Shown: piece by piece, positions 51,642-59,648 of the stretch | Position numbering within the stretch: position 1 is the first letter of the stretch | How the letters are laid out: each line of letters begins with the position of its first letter | Source: Obrimoposthia wandeli | Lineage: Eukaryota | Assembly: GCA_977020255.1 (NCBI GenBank) | Contig: CDROCS010000506.1 | Coordinates: 434,001 to 498,000 of the forward strand | Length of the DNA: 64,000 bases | Reading direction: 5' to 3' | Translations under genes and position numbers: made by a program | The notes under the pieces: model-generated | Seen by the model: the letters and a program-made list of their open reading frames with translations, nothing else | What the model was told of the DNA's origin: nothing | Database searches by the model: none

Positions 51642-52406
51642 TTAATTAACAGAAGTAAAACTGACACACTCGATTCGATTGACCTCTAGCCAATCTTTTA
51701 ACGCTTGCGAAGTGAGAATATTAAACTCATCAACACGGTGGTCTACATAACTCGATAACGTCGGTAATAACGTATCCCCTGCTAATGTTGTATGGCTCAT
51801 TAGCTCTAACGTCCCATTTGGGATCTCGGCATTAAACTCAAGGATCAGTGCTTGCAGTCGCTCTAATGTGACACCTTCAGCGTAGAACCTCGCGCTAAAT
51901 GCTTCTGTCGTTGGTACGATTAAACCTTCACAGCCAGATGTAACATGGTCAACACGACGTACTGGTATTCCGGTATCGTTCGCAAAAGCAATAAATGCTT
52001 TTTTGTACGGAGGGAATACCGCAGCAAAATGATGGCTATCAATATGGGTTAATTTAATGCCCGCATTGATGGCTTTGTCATATTGCGCTTTAAACTCACT
52101 ATAAGCTTGATCAAAACTAAGTGTCTCAGCTGCAATCACTTTATCTTGTTTTAAAAAGAAACCATCACTGTCGACTAAATCAGGGACAAGACTCGCATCT
52201 AATACTGGTTTGCCACTAGTAAGCGTGACATGTAGACCAACATTCGGTATCAAGCCCTGCTTAATTAATTCAATCGCATGATCGGTTGCCGGTTGGTTCA
52301 TCATGATCGTGGTTGACTGCACAATACCAACTTTAAAACACGCGACAACAGATTCGTTTACTTTTTCAGTCAGACCTAAATCATCTATGTTTACGATTAG
52401 TTGCAT
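51642..52406 (-). CDS. chbG: Chitooligosaccharide deacetylase ChbG (YdjC family)
   Basis: NIDDLG, GLHVTL, THIDSHH, ELMSH motifs. Confidence 0.9.
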   Translation of the reverse strand: MQLIVNIDDLGLTEKVNESVVACFKVGIVQSTTIMMNQPATDHAIELIKQGLIPNVGLHVTLTSGKPVLDASLVPDLVDSDGFFLKQDKVIAAETLSFDQAYSEFKAQYDKAINAGIKLTHIDSHHFAAVFPPYKKAFIAFANDTGIPVRRVDHVTSGCEGLIVPTTEAFSARFYAEGVTLERLQALILEFNAEIPNGTLELMSHTTLAGDTLLPTLSSYVDHRVDEFNILTSQALKDWLEVNRIECVSFTSVN

Positions 52407-52417
52407 AAATCACTCTG

Positions 52418-53719
52418 CTATTTATTATTAAACTGAGGTAAATACTTCGCATTAATTTCAATCATCTCATCTAAAATTTCTTTCGTTACCGTGCCTTTAC
52501 GCACTAATGGATTGATTGTTAATGCTTGTAATGCCGCGCCGTAATCACCAAATACACCCGCTTCAACAGCCAGCTCTTCGAATGCTTTTTGTAATTGTAA
52601 CGTACCACGAATTGCCGGATTAGTAATTGGCGGTAGGTTTAATGGTTGTGGCCCACATGACGTTATCACAGACGTTGCTTCAATGGCACAATCATTAGGT
52701 AATTCAGAAATCGTACCGTTGTTGCGAATATTTACGTGCATTAATGTACGCTTATCATTGTGGATAGCATTAATTAGTTCGCATGCTGCTTCTGAATAAT
52801 GCGCGCCGCCACGCTCTTCTAATTGTGCTGGCTTAATATTAAGATTCACATCTTCGTATAATTTAAATAGCGCTGTTTCAATTTCTTGAACCTGCTCACC
52901 ACGTGTTACATAACCTTCTGATTTAATTTCTTTTTGCTCTAAATCGTCTTGCTTGTAGTAATACTGATGATAACCACACGGTAATGCGCCTAAGTGTTTT
53001 AATTGCTCAGGTACCCAAGTCACTTCGCCTAAGTTTTTAGGCAATGCAAACTCTTCACCAGAACATACTTTATCGATTAATTCACCAATACGATCTTTAC
53101 CGTGGTCCCAAATATGGAAGGCGTGGATAAAGTGATTTAGACCCGCGAATTGCACCTGCAGATCTTTCGTTCCCATCAATTCTTCAATACCAAACTGCGT
53201 ACATACTGGCACATTACATAGGCCAATTACTTTTATGTTTGTATGTTTCAGTACCGTTTCAGTAATAATACCTGATGGATTAGTGAAGTTAATTAACCAA
53301 GCGTCAGGACAGATTTCTTCCATGTCTTTACACAAAGAAAGCGTCACAGGAATAGTACGCATTGCTTTAGCAAAACCAGCGATACCATTGGTCTCTTGAC
53401 CAATCATGCCGTATTTATTACCCAGTAATTCGTCTTGTACACGCGCCGGGATCATACCTACACGCATTTGCGAACAAACATAATGTGCACCGGTTAATGC
53501 TTTACGACGATCAAATTCAATATTCAATTCAATATCAACACCGGCATTTTCAATCATGCGTTTCGCTAATGCGCCAACCGTCTCAACTTTATAACGGCCT
53601 TCTTCGATATCAAATAGATCTATGTGTGTTACAGGCAGTTCGTGATGACGATTAATGAAGCCTTCTATAATTTCTGGTGTGTAACTAGAACCACCACCGA
53701 TAATTGTAATTTTTAACAT
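52418..53719 (-). CDS. chbF: 6-phospho-beta-glucosidase, GH4 (ChbF/CelF)
   Basis: IIGGGSSYTP NAD-binding motif, GQET.G..G, NFTNPSG, GLCN, GLNH. Confidence 0.93.
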   Translation of the reverse strand: MLKITIIGGGSSYTPEIIEGFINRHHELPVTHIDLFDIEEGRYKVETVGALAKRMIENAGVDIELNIEFDRRKALTGAHYVCSQMRVGMIPARVQDELLGNKYGMIGQETNGIAGFAKAMRTIPVTLSLCKDMEEICPDAWLINFTNPSGIITETVLKHTNIKVIGLCNVPVCTQFGIEELMGTKDLQVQFAGLNHFIHAFHIWDHGKDRIGELIDKVCSGEEFALPKNLGEVTWVPEQLKHLGALPCGYHQYYYKQDDLEQKEIKSEGYVTRGEQVQEIETALFKLYEDVNLNIKPAQLEERGGAHYSEAACELINAIHNDKRTLMHVNIRNNGTISELPNDCAIEATSVITSCGPQPLNLPPITNPAIRGTLQLQKAFEELAVEAGVFGDYGAALQALTINPLVRKGTVTKEILDEMIEINAKYLPQFNNK

Positions 53720-53722
53720 GAT

Positions 53723-54043
53723 TTAGTCCTCGTTTTGAATTCGTCTTTGCAGCTCAATGATTTCGAATGCTAGGTCTTTACACAACATGGCATTCATAAT
53801 GTGATCTTGAATATGCGTTAAGATAAGCGTCATTTTTACTTTACCTTCACCTTCATCAAAACCGATAAGTGCGGTTTGTGATTTATGCACTGCTTCTAAC
53901 GCTTCATCAGCTTCTTTAAGTAATACTTTTGCTGATTCGAAATCACCTTGCCTTGCTTCTACCATTGCTTGCATTACAGCAGAGCGCGCTGCACCAGCTT
54001 GGCATAAAAGTGTCATCAAAAACTCTTCAGTAATTTCCATCAT
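53723..54043 (-). CDS. chbA: PTS lactose/cellobiose family IIA
   Basis: AG.ARS, AH/VH..QT.LI, L.HIQDH phospho-His motif; start placed after AAGGAA. Confidence 0.92.
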   Translation of the reverse strand: MMEITEEFLMTLLCQAGAARSAVMQAMVEARQGDFESAKVLLKEADEALEAVHKSQTALIGFDEGEGKVKMTLILTHIQDHIMNAMLCKDLAFEIIELQRRIQNED

Positions 54044-54145
54044 CCGTTCCTTCATCTTGCCATTATAATTTGGGGAGTTAATCAGCCATCTCTTACCTTA
54101 AACTGACTATAAAAGATGGCTATTGTGAATACTTACTACTTGTTA

Positions 54146-55486
54146 TTAACCCGCAGTTGCTGGTGATAATACTTTTTCGTCAGCGCTTTCTTCAAATTTT
54201 TCTTGTACTAGTAATTCTTTTTCATATGCTTTGAAGAATGGGTAGAAGATTAAACCACTCACGGTGAAACAAGTTGCAACGATAACGGCAGCGAACATCG
54301 AGTTTGTCGACATTACAGCACCGATTGGCGCAGGCATTGTCCATGGTGGTAAAGCAACAACTTTAGATACTAGGTCTAGTTTGAATGCACCCCAAACGAT
54401 ACATGCGTTAACTAATGGTGCAGCGATCCAAGGGATAAAGAAGGTTGGGTTCATTACAATTGGCGTACCAAAAGTCACAGGTTCGTTAATGTTGAAACAA
54501 CCTGGGATGAATGACATTTTACCAATCGTACGTAAGTGAGCTGATTTAGAGCGCGCCATCATACAAACAAGTGCTAATGTACCGCCTGAACCACCAACGA
54601 ATACGAAGAAGTCCATGACAGGGTTGATAAAGATAGCTGGTAATTCTCTACCTGCTTCAAGTGCTTCTTGGTTTGCACCTAAGTTGATGAGTAATAGTGG
54701 ACCAATGATGCCGCCAACAACAGATGCACCATGAATACCAGCAAACCATAATAATTGGATTAATAAGATAGCGAGTGCAAAAGCAAAGAATGTATCAGAT
54801 GCAGCAACAAGCGGTTTGAATAGCGCCATGATGCCTGTTGCAATGTTAAGGTCAAAGTTACCTAATAAACCATTGATGATTTGTACAATTAAGATCATTA
54901 CAACGACAGGGATAAGAAGATCAAACGACGCTGAGATTTTTTCTGGCACCGCTTCAGGCATTTTGATTCGAATATTTTTTTCAACAAGGAAAGTTTGCAG
55001 TGTTGGTACTAATAGACCACAAATGATAGCTGTAAATGCGCCTGCACCACCTAAGTAAGCCATCGGGATCACACTACCTAATTCGCCACCAACCCAAACA
55101 GCTGGAGCAACTGCGAGTAGGAAAGAGAACATAGACAGCATACCCGAGTTCATTGGGCTAACACCTTTGGTGTTAAGCGTCTCTGCTAAGTTGTATGCAA
55201 TACCATAAGCAGAGTACATTGCGAAAATACCCATACTAACAAAGAATGGACCAACAATATTGTCACGACCGATGCCTTGGACAACGGAGTTCCAACCATC
55301 TAAGAACCAATTACCAGTACCAGGGGGGTTAGCAAATACCAGCAGTAAAGAACCAACAATCAAGAACGGCATTGTTGAAATGAAACCATCTTTAATGGCG
55401 CAAATATGCTTTTGACTCGCGACCTTACCTGCAATAGGTGCGATAACGCGCTCGACAAAATTCATGGTCGAATTGATGAGTGACAT
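54146..55486 (-). CDS. chbC: PTS cellobiose/chitobiose family IIC
   Basis: AIKDGF, LWFAGIHG, GGSGGTL, FNINEP..FG.PIVMNP, YPFFK.YE motifs. Confidence 0.95.
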   Translation of the reverse strand: MSLINSTMNFVERVIAPIAGKVASQKHICAIKDGFISTMPFLIVGSLLLVFANPPGTGNWFLDGWNSVVQGIGRDNIVGPFFVSMGIFAMYSAYGIAYNLAETLNTKGVSPMNSGMLSMFSFLLAVAPAVWVGGELGSVIPMAYLGGAGAFTAIICGLLVPTLQTFLVEKNIRIKMPEAVPEKISASFDLLIPVVVMILIVQIINGLLGNFDLNIATGIMALFKPLVAASDTFFAFALAILLIQLLWFAGIHGASVVGGIIGPLLLINLGANQEALEAGRELPAIFINPVMDFFVFVGGSGGTLALVCMMARSKSAHLRTIGKMSFIPGCFNINEPVTFGTPIVMNPTFFIPWIAAPLVNACIVWGAFKLDLVSKVVALPPWTMPAPIGAVMSTNSMFAAVIVATCFTVSGLIFYPFFKAYEKELLVQEKFEESADEKVLSPATAG

Positions 55487-55569
55487 AAAAAACTTCCTTA
55501 TTTATAAAAATATGTATTGAATCACTGTAAAAAAATGCGCAGCGACAAGGCTACGCATAAATAAATTAT

Positions 55570-55878
55570 TTAACCCGCTTTTAAATCAATAGCTTGCTGT
55601 AGAATTTCTTTTCCCTTCATCATGCCGTATTGCATCATATCAATTTGTCCACACGCCACATTTTCTTCTTCACAGCGCTTACTGAATTCAGCGAATTTGT
55701 ATTTAACCTGTGGAGCAACCAAACAAACATCATTTTTCTTCAATTCAGTTTCAAATGCAGAAATAGAATAAGCATTAATTTCTGCAGCAACACCTGATGC
55801 CTCCGCAGCTTGACGCATTTTATTAACAACCATAGACGTTGACATACCAGCTGCACAGCAAAGGAAAATTTTAATCAT
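55570..55878 (-). CDS. chbB: PTS cellobiose/chitobiose family IIB
   Basis: CAAGMSTS phospho-Cys motif, L.APQV, YGMM.G. Confidence 0.95.
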   Translation of the reverse strand: MIKIFLCCAAGMSTSMVVNKMRQAAEASGVAAEINAYSISAFETELKKNDVCLVAPQVKYKFAEFSKRCEEENVACGQIDMMQYGMMKGKEILQQAIDLKAG

Positions 55879-56016
55879 TTTATATAGCCTCTTGATTTTA
55901 AAACTTAAAATTAATTTTAGGATGCGTTTTAAATTTATTTTAAATCGAATTCACGCATCCCCTTTTGAGGTATATGTTGCGCCAATGTTTTTTTGTTTAC
56001 AAACCATAAAAACTTA

Positions 56017-56038
56017 ATTTGTGATCTGAAATATGTTT
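56017..56038. promoter_or_regulatory. Possible CRP site upstream of chbB
   Basis: ATTTGTGATCT is a strong half-site; the second half is poor. A second candidate TTTGA-N6-TCACC lies at 56295-56310. Confidence 0.4.
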
Positions 56039-56363
56039 CAGGTGTAATTATTTATCACTCGTCAAAATCACATGATAATGCACATTACAAATACACAATT
56101 AAACTTAAAATATTTAACAAAACAAAATTAAAATAAAAATCTATTTAAAACAACAAGTTACCTATCTTGAGATGAGATCCAATTAATCACCCCACTGTCA
56201 ATTAGGATTTAAGCTCTAAGTTGAAATTAACAAATATAAAAAAACACTAAAAACAATTAAATAACACAAACCTTAATTCTTATTGTGAATTAACTTTGAT
56301 GTAGATCACCCTATTTTGCAGCAAGCATTAAATAAGAAGTAAAAACGAAGATAAAATCAGATC

Positions 56364-56389
56364 AAAAAAGGCGCCTAACTGGCGCCTTT
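56364..56389 (-). terminator. Orphan GC-rich terminator in the chbB-pilZ divergent region
   Basis: AAAGGCGCC-AGTTA-GGCGCCTTTTTT on the minus strand. Confidence 0.75.
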
Positions 56390-56646
56390 ATCTATTCATA
56401 TTAACCAGATAAATTACGAAAAAATTGGAATTTCACGAGGTTGTAATGTTAAATATATCTCAATAATATCGACCAGTATTAACGTGTAAATATAAGATGG
56501 ATTTTATAACCATAAAATTAAATGACATTCGCTATAGATCAAGATCACAAACATAAGATTAACTAAAATAAGTTGTTCATTGCGCTGCTACTTCATTGTT
56601 ATTAAACTAGATTAATAGGTATCAAGCTGAATAACGCTGTAATGTC

Positions 56647-57030
56647 GTGATTCGTTTCAACTCTAAATTAACATATGGATATACTATGTTTAGTGTAAAA
56701 AAAGATCTCTCTTTCAAGCTTAACCGCCAACACGCGAGGTTTAAGTATTGGAAAAAACACCCGGTATTATATGTAAACAAGCTCGGTATTTTTGACTTTT
56801 TCAGAATAACAATTGAAGTTGAAAATATATCTGAATCGGGATTACTTGCAAAAGTAACAACGAAAGGTAAATTCACTGTTGGTGAGAAGCTAATTCTTGA
56901 GTTTGATAATTATTTTACCGAGGTGATCCCTGTATCAGTGATTCGCTGGGAACCAGATAATCAGTTACTTGCCGTGGCATTTAATCGAGAAATAAAACTG
57001 ATCGAAAGGATTGCACTGAACATTTCGTGA
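56647..57030 (+). CDS. Stand-alone PilZ domain protein
   Basis: Both c-di-GMP motifs present: RQHAR (RxxxR) and NISESG (D/NxSxxG); VIRWE and AVAF at the C-terminus; ATG at 56686 is an alternative start. Confidence 0.88.
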   Translation: MIRFNSKLTYGYTMFSVKKDLSFKLNRQHARFKYWKKHPVLYVNKLGIFDFFRITIEVENISESGLLAKVTTKGKFTVGEKLILEFDNYFTEVIPVSVIRWEPDNQLLAVAFNREIKLIERIALNIS

Positions 57031-57041
57031 AATGTTAACTA

Positions 57042-57085
57042 AAAATCTCAACATGCCCTTTAAATAAAGACATGTATGAGATTTT
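57042..57085. terminator. Bidirectional hairpin between convergent pilZ and GT2 genes
   Basis: AAAATCTCA-ACATG...CATGT-A-TGAGATTTT. Confidence 0.6.
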
Positions 57086-57109
57086 AAGCTGGCGTCATAG
57101 CACTGTGGG

Positions 57110-58369
57110 TTAAGCGGCTTGCACTTCTTTTAGCCAGCCTTCAATTTCTGCTGGTGACATTACATTAGGATCACCTAACTGAGAGTCAGGCGTATCAGCT
57201 AAAGCTTGTGGTAAGGTATCAATGATTCTCTCAAGCACTTCATGCGATAACACTTGCTGCTCAAATACAGCTGCCATCTCTTGGTTATGCACCGCATTAC
57301 GCACTCTTACCGCCTTAATCAGACCATCGAGCAACGTAAACCAAGTCGTCATGGGTCCCTGCACAATAGATGCTGATTCTGCCGCTGAATCAATGAATGC
57401 AAATGGTACCGTGACGATCTCTGTTTCAAGTTCCATTGCCGCTAAAATCCAATCGGTATCAAACGAGAAGTCATATACCGTCGGCGATGCCATAATTTTG
57501 GTTAATACATCACGACTATAAAGCTTGAACGCAGCTTGCGTATCCTTAATGCCTTGGCTAAATATCTGCTGGCCAATCATACGCTGCATGTGACGCAAGG
57601 TTTTAATACCGACCCCCCAACGCTCTTCCTGCTTCACTAAAATTGAATCAGGATGCTTACGATTACCTAATATGACGTCATAATTTTCAGATAAGAATGG
57701 CTTTAACAACAAGCCAAGTTGGCCAAGATGTACTGAATTATCAGCGTCGGTATAAACAACACAGTCAACGTCATTAGCAAGCGCTCGCTGACAACCGTAA
57801 ACTATAGCTCCGCCCTTACGTGAATCATCCACATGTTTTAAATTTTTAAGGGGGCCTGTCGATGCAGGAACGACATCCGCTAAGCGTAATACTGACACCG
57901 TATTTCTATCAGGATGGTCTGCTAATATATTGCTGGCAATACTAGCACTACCATGTGGGCAACCATCATCAACAGGATAAAGATGCCAGCTGACAGGCGT
58001 ACCATTGGTGATCCAATTAAGCTGATTAATTTTGACATTCAGTGAGTCTTCACCATGGGGGTTATCGCTACTTTTTTGTAGCAGGCGGTGATGCTCACCC
58101 CACATTGCAAAAACGACACCAACCATCACAGGCTTAGATACCGTCAATAGATAGCGTTTAGATTCCACCAGTTTAATCGCTAAACGAAACTCCAGTGGAC
58201 AATTGCTCTCTCTTGCTAATGTTTGGTAATAAGCAGTCGAAATATCTCTCAAACAATACAAGGTATTGGCTAAATTCAAGAGATTTTTTTGATGTGAAGC
58301 TTCCGTTAAATCAAACTCGTTGCTTGAATTTAACAGTACTTGTTGTACTAATTCATGTGACGTTTTCAT
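57110..58369 (-). CDS. Glycosyltransferase family 2, Dpm1/Alg5-like, with N-terminal extension
   Basis: KGGA, VVYTDAD.S (DxD), LGNR, DTQAAFKLY, FSFDTD motifs match polyprenyl-phosphate glycosyltransferases; no TM helix evident. Confidence 0.8.
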   Translation of the reverse strand: MKTSHELVQQVLLNSSNEFDLTEASHQKNLLNLANTLYCLRDISTAYYQTLARESNCPLEFRLAIKLVESKRYLLTVSKPVMVGVVFAMWGEHHRLLQKSSDNPHGEDSLNVKINQLNWITNGTPVSWHLYPVDDGCPHGSASIASNILADHPDRNTVSVLRLADVVPASTGPLKNLKHVDDSRKGGAIVYGCQRALANDVDCVVYTDADNSVHLGQLGLLLKPFLSENYDVILGNRKHPDSILVKQEERWGVGIKTLRHMQRMIGQQIFSQGIKDTQAAFKLYSRDVLTKIMASPTVYDFSFDTDWILAAMELETEIVTVPFAFIDSAAESASIVQGPMTTWFTLLDGLIKAVRVRNAVHNQEMAAVFEQQVLSHEVLERIIDTLPQALADTPDSQLGDPNVMSPAEIEGWLKEVQAA

Positions 58370-58472
58370 CGCTAATCCTTTATTATCATAGATCCTTGGG
58401 CCTAATAATAAAGGTAGTATTTGAATAACGAACAGACATAAGGTTAGTGTGAAAGTTTGAACTAAATCGACT

Positions 58473-59648
58473 TTATTTTTTAATTACTGGGGCAAAGCTA
58501 CGGCGTTGTAAAGCTTCAACATTTTCATCTTTTATTGTCGCCATATTACCTCTGGCAAGCGGGTTATCCTGCACAGGCTTAACCGCCACCTCTACCTCCT
58601 TATCGACCTCCACCTTTGCCGTCGATTTTAATGCTGCTTTAACATTACTTTTAGGAGCTATCTCGTTAACCTCAACGAGCGGATCATGCTCTATCGCGGG
58701 CACGTCTATATCAATCGGTAGCGATAAGTCTGCGACAGCTATACGTGAACCGCCAGCATCAGGTGTTAATGTATTAGGCTTCATAATATTCGAATTACTA
58801 TCGACTGGTTGTGATAAACCTGACACGGCTACCTTTGAAACACTCGTCTTAATACTGTTATTTTCTGAGATAGCATTATCTTCTGAGTTAGCTTTGTCAT
58901 TTTCTGAGTTAGCACTATTACTTTCGGAGATAGTACTGTTATTTTCTGAGATAGCACTATTATTTTCTGAAATAGGCGCGTTGACTTCACTCGGAGTCAC
59001 AACAGGAGTAATTTGATTGCCCCTAAACGTGGCGGCCCCCAAACCGGACAGTTTTTTATTCGGCTGAAACGCACCTTTATAATTAACGACAGGTTGCGGC
59101 TGGCTAACGGTAGTTACATTTCGCTTACCACTGAGCCCCAGTTTAGGAGAGGTAAATGTGAAAACCGCTAATTTATCATTCCAAACCTGTAAAATAGACA
59201 AATCTTGCTGCCATTGATCAGAGTCATTAGCGGCAAGATCATTAACCTGCATAAATGCCGATAGCTGGGTATTAGTGGTTTCAAATCGTTGATGTAACTG
59301 TTTTTGAACTAAGGGCCAATTCGTTCCTCCCGTCATAAAATAACGTCCACTATCCGCCCAATACTGATAAGCAATAACATCGTTAGTTTTATCGGCAGAC
59401 ATAGCTGCAAGCGCTTCAGCTAATCCTGCGTATTGCCACATATGACGGTTGCCTAACTTAGCTTCAGAACGTAAAAACACCAAGCTTAATTGATGCCATT
59501 GATTCGCGGCCAATTTATACTTGCCTTGGCCAAGATAATGACTGGCTTTACTGTAATATTTTAATTCCATATTCACAGGTTCAGCATACGCGGTAACTTG
59601 GTAACAACAGCAAGATATAACCAGTGCTTGCCAGCTTATTTTTATCAT
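58473..59648 (-). CDS. Secreted hypothetical protein: helical N-domain plus low-complexity tail
   Basis: Signal peptide ending AYA-E; ATG at 59648 forms an ATGA overlap with the upstream DUF3131 stop. Confidence 0.75.
   Translation of the reverse strand: MIKISWQALVISCCCYQVTAYAEPVNMELKYYSKASHYLGQGKYKLAANQWHQLSLVFLRSEAKLGNRHMWQYAGLAEALAAMSADKTNDVIAYQYWADSGRYFMTGGTNWPLVQKQLHQRFETTNTQLSAFMQVNDLAANDSDQWQQDLSILQVWNDKLAVFTFTSPKLGLSGKRNVTTVSQPQPVVNYKGAFQPNKKLSGLGAATFRGNQITPVVTPSEVNAPISENNSAISENNSTISESNSANSENDKANSEDNAISENNSIKTSVSKVAVSGLSQPVDSNSNIMKPNTLTPDAGGSRIAVADLSLPIDIDVPAIEHDPLVEVNEIAPKSNVKAALKSTAKVEVDKEVEVAVKPVQDNPLARGNMATIKDENVEALQRRSFAPVIKK
58854..58976. repeat. In-frame tandem repeat, 6 units (21 bp, one of 18 bp)
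   Basis: Encodes ISENNS-AISENNS-TISESNS-ANSENDK-ANSEDN-AISENNS. Confidence 0.9.

Noticed and set aside
56622-56876. 84-aa minus-strand ORF as owner of the 56364 terminator
   Set aside because: Lies antisense to a PilZ gene with both functional motifs intact; no motif or clear SD, and its stop is about 230 bp from the terminator.
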